Assembly (NCBI GenBank): GCA_963818295.1
Contig: CAWFRW010000007.1
Span: 74,938 to 138,937, forward strand
DNA from: an uncultured Bacteroidales bacterium
GTDB lineage: Bacteria; Bacteroidota; Bacteroidia; Bacteroidales; VadinHA17
Length of the DNA stretch: 64,000 nucleotides
Direction of reading: 5' to 3'
Shown here: positions 1-9,058 of the stretch, one piece after another
Layout: every line of letters begins with the position of its first letter
Position numbering within the stretch: position 1 is the first letter of the stretch
Made by a program: the position numbers and the translations under genes
The notes under the pieces: generated by a model
Told to the model about the DNA's origin: nothing
The model's input: only the letters and a program-made list of their open reading frames with translations
The model's database searches: none

Positions 1-470
1 GTGATGAAATCACGAATAAAACTTATGAGCAGCTGAATAAATCATTTATAACGCCATTCGACAGGGAGGATATTCATGAACTCACTGCACATATCGATGA
101 TGTTGTTGATTCAATTAACGGTATCAGCCGGAGGATCTGTCTTTACAAACCAAAAAAACTTATTCCTCTCTATGCAGAGATGGCAGATCTTATCTGTGAA
201 GGTGCAAAAGAGATTGAAACAGCTATTCATTGTCTGAAGGATCCTGTTGCAAACAAAAGGAAAATAACTGATGCATGCGAAAGGGTAAAAGAAATTGAAC
301 ACAATGCTGATGAGCTGTATTTTGCCGGAATTGCTGAATTATTTGAAAAAGAAGAAGATACAAAGGAATTGCTCAAAAACAATAAAATCCTTGAAATCCT
401 TGAAAGATGTGTTGATGAAGAGGAGGATGTTACAGATACATTGAAGGCAATACTCATTAAAATGGCTTAA
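1..470 (+). CDS. DUF47 / PhoU-like phosphate-transport regulator family protein, copy A (5' end cut by window edge)
   Basis: Frame 3 is open from the window edge to TAA 468-470; track ORF 180..470 is its tail. About 90% aa identity over ~155 aa to the C-terminal part of 1731..2381 (FITPFDREDIHELTAHIDDVVDSINGI ... ILERCVDEEEDVTDTLK.ILIKMA). Lies directly upstream of a PiT gene. Confidence 0.8.
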   Translation, partial: DEITNKTYEQLNKSFITPFDREDIHELTAHIDDVVDSINGISRRICLYKPKKLIPLYAEMADLICEGAKEIETAIHCLKDPVANKRKITDACERVKEIEHNADELYFAGIAELFEKEEDTKELLKNNKILEILERCVDEEEDVTDTLKAILIKMA

Positions 471-704
471 GTGAGGCTGACTTACTCAAACTGAATATCA
501 AGCATATCCCGAATATCTGATATAAAACGGAATTAAAACTTAATGATCGAATCATTTTGAGTTTTGTTCCAATCTTATTATTTTGCACCGGTTGATTTTT
601 AAATTTTTGCAAAATATAACTATCACTATGATGTGGAGTTATCACGCAGATTTATTTTCAATTATATTTATTTATTTATAATTTCTGCCTAAAATAACAG
701 ACAG

Positions 705-1697
705 ATGACGATTCTTTATATTGTTGTAGCACTGGTTCTGATTTTTGATTTCTTAAACGGATTTCATGATTCGGCAAATTCAATTGCAACAGTTGTCTCC
801 ACGAAAGTTCTCTCTCCGTTCGCTGCAGTTATAATCGCAGCATTTTTCAATTTTATTGCGTTTACTGTTTTTCCTTTAAAGGTTGCCCATACAATTGGCA
901 AAGGTGTTGTCGATCCGGATGTACTTAATCATGACTGTTATATGCTTCAGCTCTTGTTGCAGCTATTACATGGAATCTTGCTTACATGGTGGTGGGGGCT
1001 TCCCTCAAGTTCATCACACACACTGGTAGGAGGGCTTGTTGGTGCTGCAATTGCACATGCCGGAATTTCATCGATTATTTTTGCAGGACTAATAAAAATA
1101 GTTGCATTTATTTTTATTGCTCCGATTCTTGGAATGGTATTATCCTTCCTTATATCCTCTTTTGTGGTTTATCTTTTCCGTAAATTCACCCCGTCAAATG
1201 TTGACAGGATATTCCGGAGGCTTCAGCTTTTATCATCCTCTACTCTCAGCCTTGGCCATGGAGGAAATGATGCACAGAAATCAATGGGTATAATCTGGGC
1301 AGCATTGATTGTATCAGGACTGGCTACAAAGAATGATCCGATAGCGCTATGGATAATACTGTCATGCCAGACGGCCATAGCACTGGGAACACTTTTTGGC
1401 GGATGGAGGATTGTAAAGACAATGGGGCAGAAGATTACAAAGGTAAAGCCATTTGAAGGATTCTGTTCAGAAACTGCAGGTGCATTAACACTTTTCGGTG
1501 CAACACATTTTGGAATTCCTGTGAGTACAACCCATACAATAACAGGTGCTATTATCGGAGTAGGAGCAAGAAAGGGAGTTACTGCTGTAAAATGGGGTGT
1601 TACTGCAAAAATATTCTGGGCATGGATACTCACAATTCCTGTATCGGCAACCATCGGGGCAACCATGTATTTTTTCTTCAATGCAATTTTTAAATAA
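705..1697 (+). CDS. pit: PiT-family inorganic phosphate transporter, copy 1
   Basis: 330-aa polytopic ORF with PiT signatures GFHDSANSIAT, GLPSSSSHTLVGG, GHGGNDAQKSMG and PVSTTHTITGAIIG. The ORF is open but contains a short out-of-frame stretch at 935-979 (see findings). Confidence 0.85.
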   Translation: MTILYIVVALVLIFDFLNGFHDSANSIATVVSTKVLSPFAAVIIAAFFNFIAFTVFPLKVAHTIGKGVVDPDVLNHDCYMLQLLLQLLHGILLTWWWGLPSSSSHTLVGGLVGAAIAHAGISSIIFAGLIKIVAFIFIAPILGMVLSFLISSFVVYLFRKFTPSNVDRIFRRLQLLSSSTLSLGHGGNDAQKSMGIIWAALIVSGLATKNDPIALWIILSCQTAIALGTLFGGWRIVKTMGQKITKVKPFEGFCSETAGALTLFGATHFGIPVSTTHTITGAIIGVGARKGVTAVKWGVTAKIFWAWILTIPVSATIGATMYFFFNAIFK

Positions 1698-1730
1698 CAG
1701 TAACAAATCCAAAATAAAATATCGACAATA

Positions 1731-2381
1731 ATGAATATAGATAGAATTCTTAAATTTTTTGTTCCAAAAGACCATTCATTCTTTCCGCTTTTTGAAAGTG
1801 ATGCCCACAACCTTGTAAAAGCTGCCTCTCTTCTTCAGGAACTGATGTCCAGTACAGAAAGTCTTGCTTATGAAAGGATCTACAAGGAAATACGTGATGT
1901 TGAACATATCGGTGATGACATCACCAACAAGACATATGAACAACTGAACAAATCCTTCATTACTCCGTTCGACAGGGAAGATATTCATGAGCTTACCGCA
2001 CATATTGATGATGTTGTTGATTCAATAAACGGAATTGCGCGCAGAATATGCCTCTATAAACCAAAGAAGCTTATACCGGTTTATGTTGAGATGGCTGACC
2101 TTATATACGATGGAGCGAAAGAGATTGAAACTGCCATTCATTGCCTCAAGGATCCTGTTGCAAACAAACGGAAAATTACGGATGCCTGCGACAGAGTTAA
2201 GGAAATAGAACACAAAGCGGATGAGCTCTATTTTGCAGGCGTCGCTGAACTATTTGAAAATGAAGAAGATCCAAAAGAATTACTGAAAAATAACAAGATT
2301 CTTGAAATACTTGAGAGATGTGTTGATGAGGAGGAGGATGTAACCGATACTCTCAAGTCTATACTCATTAAGATGGCCTAG
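1731..2381 (+). CDS. DUF47 / PhoU-like phosphate-transport regulator family protein, copy B
   Basis: Intact 216-aa ORF starting 33 nt after the PiT stop. Helical, acidic C-terminus, paralogous to copy A and to 48744..49394. Confidence 0.85.
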   Translation: MNIDRILKFFVPKDHSFFPLFESDAHNLVKAASLLQELMSSTESLAYERIYKEIRDVEHIGDDITNKTYEQLNKSFITPFDREDIHELTAHIDDVVDSINGIARRICLYKPKKLIPVYVEMADLIYDGAKEIETAIHCLKDPVANKRKITDACDRVKEIEHKADELYFAGVAELFENEEDPKELLKNNKILEILERCVDEEEDVTDTLKSILIKMA

Positions 2382-2382
2382 A

Positions 2383-2412
2383 TAAGCAATCCTCCAACTT
2401 GCTTACTTTTAA
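2383..2412 (+). terminator. weak hairpin plus T-run after DUF47 copy B
   Basis: TAAGCAA (2383-2389) pairs with TTGCTTA (2399-2405), 9-nt loop, followed by CTTTTAAAA. AT-rich stem, so weak. Confidence 0.3.
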
Positions 2413-2557
2413 AACTTTATATAATCAATTGGATTCAGAGGGGCCGGCATAATATGAACTTTCTTCCAGGGGATTGGTTAATCTTCAATGCAGCGCTGTA
2501 ATCAGACTATTTTAGATTATTACGTACTTCTTTAAAATATTAATTTAGAGTTCAGCA

Positions 2558-3664
2558 TTGATAAAAAAAGTTACACTATTCCTGTATTTTCCGGTAATAT
2601 TGCTCTGTATCAGGCCTGTTTATACAGACGCGCAGATACTGAAGGATACTGCTTCGCTGAGTATTGTCAAAAAGAGTATAAATGACATTTACAATCTGAG
2701 ATTTAGTGAATCACGCGAAGACCTTGGAAAGCTGGGCAGAAATTATCCGGGTCATCCTGTTTTAAACCTGCTCGAAGGAATGCAGTTATACTGGGAGAAT
2801 TATCCTCTGTCTCCCTCCTCTCCCGTATTTGTTACATTTGAAAGTAACCTTCGGAAATGTATTGAGTTGTGTGAAAGCAGGAAGGCTTCCCCTAACGATG
2901 CAGAATATTTACTGACAAATCTCTCCGCAAGGGGATTACTACTCCTGTTCTATGTTGACAACGACCTGACGATGAGCGTAATTCCATTGGCATCAAGCAC
3001 TTACAGGTACATCAGACGTTCATTTGATTATACTTCCGAATATTCTGATTTCTTTTTCTTCACGGGAATTTACAACTACACGCGAGAGGCTTATCCCGAA
3101 GCCTATCCGGTTTACAAGCCTCTGGCTCTTTTGTTTCCAAGGGGAGACAAAGCGAAGGGAATAATTGAAATCCGGAGGGCTGCTGAAAATTCAATATTTT
3201 TCAAGGCAGAAGCTTATACATTTCTTTCAGGAATAAATCTGAGCTTTGAAAATAATTTTGAACAGGCCTACCGTGCAAGTAAATCACTTCATGAACTATA
3301 CCCGGCAAACGCCGGTTTTCTTGCCTCTCACATAAGGAACCTGCTTCTTACAAAACGCTATGATGATGCAGAAAGGCTTATTGAGGCATTTAAGATCACG
3401 AATAAATATTATCTGGCGCAGCTTTCAATATTTAAAGGGGTTCTGCAGGAAAAAAAGTATAACAATGATAAACTGGCGGAACAATTTTATATAAAAGGGA
3501 TTCAGGATTTTACAGCTTACGGACAATTCAGCAACGAATTTTCGGCATATGGATATTTTGGACTCAGCCGCATCTGCGAACGCAAAGGAGACAACGATAT
3601 GAAAAAAAACTACCGCAAAAAAGCCCTTGAACTTACTGATTTCAAGAATGTGAATTTTGACTGA
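2558..3664 (+). CDS. hypothetical secreted helical-repeat (TPR-like) protein
   Basis: Intact 368-aa ORF (TTG start) with an N-terminal signal-like hydrophobic segment ending YTDAQ. Repetitive helical, aromatic-rich composition. No family recognised. Confidence 0.5.
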   Translation: MIKKVTLFLYFPVILLCIRPVYTDAQILKDTASLSIVKKSINDIYNLRFSESREDLGKLGRNYPGHPVLNLLEGMQLYWENYPLSPSSPVFVTFESNLRKCIELCESRKASPNDAEYLLTNLSARGLLLLFYVDNDLTMSVIPLASSTYRYIRRSFDYTSEYSDFFFFTGIYNYTREAYPEAYPVYKPLALLFPRGDKAKGIIEIRRAAENSIFFKAEAYTFLSGINLSFENNFEQAYRASKSLHELYPANAGFLASHIRNLLLTKRYDDAERLIEAFKITNKYYLAQLSIFKGVLQEKKYNNDKLAEQFYIKGIQDFTAYGQFSNEFSAYGYFGLSRICERKGDNDMKKNYRKKALELTDFKNVNFD

Positions 3665-3820
3665 TCCGTCTGCTGATTTTTCCTGGCATAAGAGCATGAC
3701 TTTCAGATACCAATAGGGCAAAATCATAAACTTTAACAAATATTTAACCTGTTTTATTGTCAATAATTGTTTACAGATTGACAACAAGTATTACTTTTGC
3801 CGGCTAAAATCTGATGAGTA

Positions 3821-4435
3821 ATGAAAAATTGGTTTAAGAAAATCCATGGCTGGAGTTTACAGTATGCAAATGCAAAGTGGGGACCATGGATATTATTTTT
3901 TGGAGGTGTTGCCGATGCATCATTTCTGCCATTACCTGTTACTACTATATTTCTCGCATTAATTCTGCTGAATACAAAGAACACTCTTAAATTCGTTTTG
4001 TCGCTTACCGCAGGTATAGTGGTAGGGGCAACAGCAGGATATCTGGCCGGTCGTTATGCATGGCTTGATCCGAAAATGGAATTCACAGGATTTGCTCAGT
4101 TCTTTATCGAGAAAATGCCCGGATTTTCAGTAGAAGGTTATGACAAAATACATCACCTCTTCTCAAAATGGGGATCAGGAATACTGCTTCTTGCAACAAC
4201 AACACCTCTCCCCTATGGTCTTTTTTCAGTATCATCGGGAGTGTTTGACATCAATATAGTGCTATTTGTCCTTTCGACACTGGTTGGTCATAGCATCAAA
4301 TATCTGACACTCGCTTACCTTACAAAAAGAATGGGTCCGGCCGTCAACCGGATTGTTGCATTCTCATGGAGACCAGTTACAGTAATTCCGGCAGCCTGTA
4401 TTGTAATAACAATTGTAATCCTGAAGGTTATATAA
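3821..4435 (+). CDS. YqaA/DedA-family membrane protein
   Basis: 204-aa ORF. N-terminal WGPWILFFGGVADASFLPLPVTT is typical of the YqaA (SNARE-associated/DedA) family; several TM helices. Confidence 0.7.
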   Translation: MKNWFKKIHGWSLQYANAKWGPWILFFGGVADASFLPLPVTTIFLALILLNTKNTLKFVLSLTAGIVVGATAGYLAGRYAWLDPKMEFTGFAQFFIEKMPGFSVEGYDKIHHLFSKWGSGILLLATTTPLPYGLFSVSSGVFDINIVLFVLSTLVGHSIKYLTLAYLTKRMGPAVNRIVAFSWRPVTVIPAACIVITIVILKVI

Positions 4436-4452
4436 TTGCTGTTAGCCTGAAA

Positions 4453-4786
4453 TCAATTGCTCCTTATCATTGTAAGGACCATCTTGAAATTCTCCTCAGC
4501 CTTTACAGCATGGGAAATATTTGCAGGCATTATGATGCTCTCCCCTGCCGGAGAGAAGAAATGACTTTCCACCGATAATTATCTCCCCTTTGCCATCCAC
4601 TACCTGGATAAGCGCATCAAAAGGGGCAGTGTGCTCACTCAGGGCCTCTCCCTTTGCAAATGAAAAAAGCGAGATATTACCTGTCTGTTTCTTCAGCACC
4701 GTTTTACTCACGATCCCTCCGTCAGCATAATCCACAGAGTCTTTGAAGCTGAACACTTTTGATTTTTCAAATTCGTTTGAAGACAT
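4453..4786 (-). pseudogene. cupin-domain protein (one frameshift near 4547-4550)
   Basis: Track ORF 4496..4786 (…GNISLFSFAKGEALSEHTAPFDALIQVVDGKGEIIIGGKSF) continues in another frame as AGESIIMPANISHAVKAEENFKMVLTMIRSN-stop (stop 4453-4455). This gives a complete small cupin. Confidence 0.7.
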
Positions 4787-4952
4787 TATAATGATATTTT
4801 AAATTATTATGAATCAGACCGGGTAATATAAACTTAAGAAGTTACCCGGAAACATATTTTAAAAAAGAGAGCCATAATTTCCCGCCGATGGCGGATCATT
4901 ATGACTCACTTTTTGTAATGTTTATTCAGACCAGAGATCCTGAACAGAGATG

Positions 4953-5306
4953 CTATCTGAAACTAATTCGTTGTACCGCTTTTGGTGCAGTTTCACAGCA
5001 TTTCTTGCCTTCACCTGAAGCAGAAGCACTTGCATTTTTACATGATTCATGATTGCATTTTCCTTCGCATTTTGCCTGATCGCCGCACTTTTCCTTGCAT
5101 TTTGCCTGATCACCTGCTTTTGCTTCAGTGGTGCTTCCGTATTTCATTTTGGAGCATGATGAAGCAGCCGGGCACTTTGAACCATCCTTTGACATTTCAG
5201 TACCGCACTTCTTTGTCTCCTTCTGGTCAGTCTGTGCATTCACGGCCAGTATAACAACAAATGCTGATATCAAGACTGCCGATAAACCAATTATTACTTT
5301 CTTCAT
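4953..5306 (-). CDS. small secreted Cys/Lys-rich protein with an internal 10-aa tandem repeat
   Basis: 117-aa ORF with a signal peptide (…VVILAVNAQ). The mature part has about 10 Cys and many Lys, including GDQAKCKEKC/GDQAKCEGKC encoded by a 30-nt tandem duplication (about 5062-5114). Confidence 0.6.
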   Translation of the reverse strand: MKKVIIGLSAVLISAFVVILAVNAQTDQKETKKCGTEMSKDGSKCPAASSCSKMKYGSTTEAKAGDQAKCKEKCGDQAKCEGKCNHESCKNASASASGEGKKCCETAPKAVQRISFR

Positions 5307-5395
5307 ATTGTCACATGTTAAATTTAAATTAATTATTCAAAAATAGTGAAAATTTTAATCTCCACTAATTTTGTGTAGTTAAGATTTTCTTAAAA

Positions 5396-6785
5396 TCAGC
5401 TCTTGATATTTGGCAATTCAAGTCCATAGCCTTTCTTTTTATCTTCTGCTTTAAGCAGTAATGCAAAAATCAGTGCAAGAACACCAAAAGCATGTGAATA
5501 TCATCATTGGAAGAGTATAATTATAGTTTGAAACTGAGACTCCGTCAACAAGTCGGGTACCTAGTAATACAATATTTATTCAGCACCCATCCGATCAAAA
5601 GCGGAACCAGCGATAATCCAATGTTCTGTACAAGAAATATCATTCCGTATGCTGTTCCCAGTTGTTTTTCAGGAATTATCTTTGGAACTGAAGGCCACAT
5701 TGCAGAAGGAACCAGTGAAAAGCGCAACTCCAAGAAGCATTATCATAACAATTGCCAGAGGTGTTGATGTTAGAAATGGAATTGAATATACTGCATGAAC
5801 AAGAATCAGAAGGACTGCTCCAATGATCATTATGGTGGCTCCTTTTCCTTTCCTGTCATAAATATTGCCGAAAAGAGGAGTAAGCAGGATTGTTCCAAAA
5901 GGCAGCAGGGCAGGAATATCACCGGCAATTTTCTCACTAACATGAAATTTATTAACCATAAGGTCGGTTGCATATTTGATAAATGGAAATACAGCAGAAT
6001 AGAACAGAACACATAGGATTGCAATATACCACCAGCCTTTGTTTTTCAGAATCTGCAGGACATGAGCTAACCTTGAATGATTCTTCGTCATCGACAGAAC
6101 CTGATCTGACATGCTTCATCAGCTACTGATTTATCAAGCTTCTTATCCATTGTTGCATAAAAGAAGAATGCGATCATACCGATGCAGAGCATTATCAGAC
6201 AAACAAGAATCGGTTTTGAAACTCCGTGCAAGTGCATGTTGCAATAGGAATTGAAGTAGCCATAGCCAGGGTGGTACCCAATCGGGCTGTAGCCATTTCA
6301 AGTCCCATCGCCAGAGCAAGTTCTTTTCCTTTAAACCATTTGACAATAATTTTTGAAACAGTAATACCTGCAACTTCAACACCGACTCCAAAGGTGGCAA
6401 AACCAAGTCCGGCAACCATAACCTGTGCCTTCCATCCAAGAATTGTATGTCCATCGAGCGAATGTGTTGAAATAGCCCAGTATTTAATTGCAGTACCGAT
6501 AACCATTATTATTGTAGCCATCTTACCGGTAAACCTGACTCCCATTTTATCAAGGATTATCCCACCGAAAATGAGCATGAGCAGAAATACATTGAACCAG
6601 CCATATGCACTTGTAAAGAATCCATAATCAGCACTGTTCCACAGAAGTTCTTTCTCAAGCATCGGCTTCAGAGGAGCCATCACATCAGTAAGGTAATAAC
6701 CGCATAACATGGTGAAGGCTACTACAGCCAGCGCTGTCCATCGGGCAACCTTGGAGTCGCGCAAAGTATTTGTTACTGTTTCCAT
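5396..6785 (-). pseudogene. MFS transporter (at least 3 frame changes)
   Basis: Fragments 6195..6785 (N-terminal six-TM half), 5669..6112 and 5545..5733, plus a tail ending …LLKAEDKKKGYGLELPNIKS-stop (5396-5398), join into one 12-TM MFS-type permease. Confidence 0.75.
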
Positions 6786-6891
6786 AAATTAAGTTTAGGT
6801 ATAAAATTTGCCGGTAAATGTAGAAAATTTATTGTATGAAAATAGTCAAATCTATTTATGTTAAATCAATTTTGTTCTGCCTCAGATATTA

Positions 6892-6978
6892 AGTTGGCAA
6901 AGAGCAGTTCGCAGTTGGCAATTATCGGCACATTTTGCCAACTCTTTTGCCAACTGCTTTTTGCCAACTGCCAACTGC
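6892..6978. repeat. inverted word array AGTTGGCAA x2 / TTGCCAACT x3-4
   Basis: AGTTGGCAA at 6892 and 6913. Its reverse complement TTGCCAACT at 6935, 6947 and 6961 (plus CCAACTGC at 6971). Can fold into a long imperfect hairpin in the divergent spacer between the MFS and thioredoxin-like genes. Confidence 0.8.
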
Positions 6979-7119
6979 TACTGAACCAAAATCATGAATG
7001 TTTGTTTAAAAGTTAAAAAAGCTTTACCCGATGGCAAATAGAAAGATTTTCATTTATTTTGCCTTTAATAGAAATCAAACTATCTGAATCATAATATTAA
7101 ACATATAATAGACATAAAA

Positions 7120-7665
7120 ATGAAATCAAGTCTTATAATTGCATTACTGACAGTTTTATCATACGCTGCCCATTCACAGGGAACTCCTCCGGAAGCCGGC
7201 ACAACGGTAAAATGGTATACAATCCAGGAAGCTGAGAAGCTGGCTCAGAAATCTCCCCGTCCGATCTTTATTGATACTTATACCGACTGGTGCGGATGGT
7301 GCAAAAAAATGGACAGGGACACATTTACAAATGCAGTCATCTCCGATCTTTTAAATAATAAATTCTATCCGGTTAAATTTGATGCAGAGGGAAAGGAAAG
7401 TGTAACATTCGCCGGAACAACCTTCATTAATGACGGGAAATCAGGAAATGCTCACCAGCTTGCAGTTTCTCTGCTGCAGGGACAGTTATCCTATCCGACA
7501 GTTGTATTTCTGACGCCGAAGGACGGGAAATTCGGTCTTGCTCCTGTACCGGGCTATAAGCCTCCAAAGGATATGGAAGTTCTCCTCAACTTCTTCGCTG
7601 ATAAAGCCTACGAAACTCAGGACTGGGAGGCATATCAGAAGAGCTTTAAGGGGAAGATCCAGTAG
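7120..7665 (+). CDS. secreted thioredoxin-fold protein (WCGWC active site)
   Basis: 181-aa ORF with a signal peptide. FIDTYTDWCGWCKKMD is a CxxC thioredoxin-family motif. Confidence 0.8.
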   Translation: MKSSLIIALLTVLSYAAHSQGTPPEAGTTVKWYTIQEAEKLAQKSPRPIFIDTYTDWCGWCKKMDRDTFTNAVISDLLNNKFYPVKFDAEGKESVTFAGTTFINDGKSGNAHQLAVSLLQGQLSYPTVVFLTPKDGKFGLAPVPGYKPPKDMEVLLNFFADKAYETQDWEAYQKSFKGKIQ

Positions 7666-7705
7666 AAGCGCTGAGCGTTAAGCGGAGGAAAAAGAAAATG
7701 GTATT

Positions 7706-7829
7706 CGGTAACCGGTAACCAGTAAAAAAGTTCGAGTAGGTTCAGGGTTCAGGGTTCAAAGTTCAAAGTTCAAAGTTGAGCTCCGTGAATCTCAGTGTGA
7801 CCAGGTTTAACTTTGCGCCTTCGCGCCTT
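7706..7829. repeat. 7-nt stuttered word island
   Basis: CGGTAAC x2 (7706-7719); AGGTTC AGGGTTC AGGGTTC AAAGTTC AAAGTTC AAAGTT (7738-7777); GCGCCTT / CGCGCCTT (7815-7829). Lies between convergent genes. Confidence 0.85.
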
Positions 7830-7915
7830 GGTGGCAAAAAAAAGTTTTCATTACAGATGAAACCTTGGCGTCCACCCTGGTTATGGCACCGATTTCAAAT
7901 CGGCGCCAGCCAACC

Positions 7916-9035
7916 CTACTTACCAATAATATAATTCGCCGGCAGCTGAACAACCTCCCCGAACTGGAATACAAGTCTCCTTGTATTGAGAAAGACTTCG
8001 GAGCCGTTGCTGACTTTAAGGTTTACCATATCCGGAACCCTGTAATACAGCTTGTCATATACCGGAGCATCTGAATCGGCTTTCGGTTTTTGTATTATCG
8101 CCAGATCTTTTGTTTTTTGTTCAGGAACAATATCAAGAGTTACAGCCTTGCCTCCCTTTCCAGCTGTGTTTGATGGTCCGGTAACTTCTGAAAACTGGAA
8201 CAGGGTTAATTGCTTATTTTCGCCGTCACGGTTTGGAATGATATTGTAAGTATATGTCACTTTCTGCCTTATGGTTTTCCCGGTGAACAATTCCATGTAC
8301 TGTTTTTCGAGCCTGTTCATTTCAATTATAGCAGCATCACTCTGCGGGAAAACATTCGCTTCACCGGTTAAAATAAGATGCTTGCCCTCCCTCATTTCCA
8401 TCAGACGCTTTGCGGCTCTTTCTGCCAGCTGATCAGTGCTGAGCCGCTTTTTCTTTTCAACAACGTATGGAACCCTTACAAAGGATGAGTCGATGCTCAG
8501 ACGCTTGTATGCTGTATCGCTCTGAACCATATAGTATTCATCGGATCCAAGATCTCTCGTTGATAACTGACTGAAATCCTGTTCATTTGCATGACTTACA
8601 CTGCCTGAATTATTCAATGGTTCCGGATTCAGATCGAGGATAAGTCCTTCTTTTTTAAGTGACAGAACATTTGTCTGGAAAAGTGAATTGCTTTGAATAA
8701 TATAAAACTCTGAAGGATCAAGCTCGTCGTGAGCGTTTAATGAAATGCCCTCTATCGCCCATGATTCATTTTCATTTGTAATTACATTATCAAGGCCCAG
8801 CAGGTCGCTTGCATACCTGGCATAAGGTCCGGGTTTTTCAATAGATCTTTCAAAAACGACTGTAAATGTAAAGACGGTTCGTGGTAAGCCGTAAACAATG
8901 CTCCCTTCCCTGTAGTTCAGATGGATCCGAAAGCGGAAGAATTACTTTTTGTGTATCAGCCGTTTTGGAGGAGGAACATGCAAACGCTGAAAGTGCAATT
9001 ATCAGGTATGTTGAAATTCGGAAGATTGTTTTCAT
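7916..9035 (-). pseudogene. lipoprotein, probably DUF4831 family (one frameshift near 8903-8910)
   Basis: N-terminal lipobox fragment 8850..9035 (…LSAFAC-SSSK) joins, via a one-base shift in a CCCTTCCC run, to the frame that continues into 7916..8617. The family name is from memory of similar Bacteroidota proteins. Confidence 0.5.
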
Positions 9036-9058
9036 AATGTATTTGTTTTGGTTGAAGG

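Noticed and set aside
7706-7829. The short tandem word islands and hairpin stacks (also 30699-30760, 45827-45877, 52950-53520, 59130-59166) as CRISPR arrays
   Set aside because: The units are 7-9 nt with 2-5 copies and no unique spacers of 25-40 nt between constant repeats. No cas genes are in the window.
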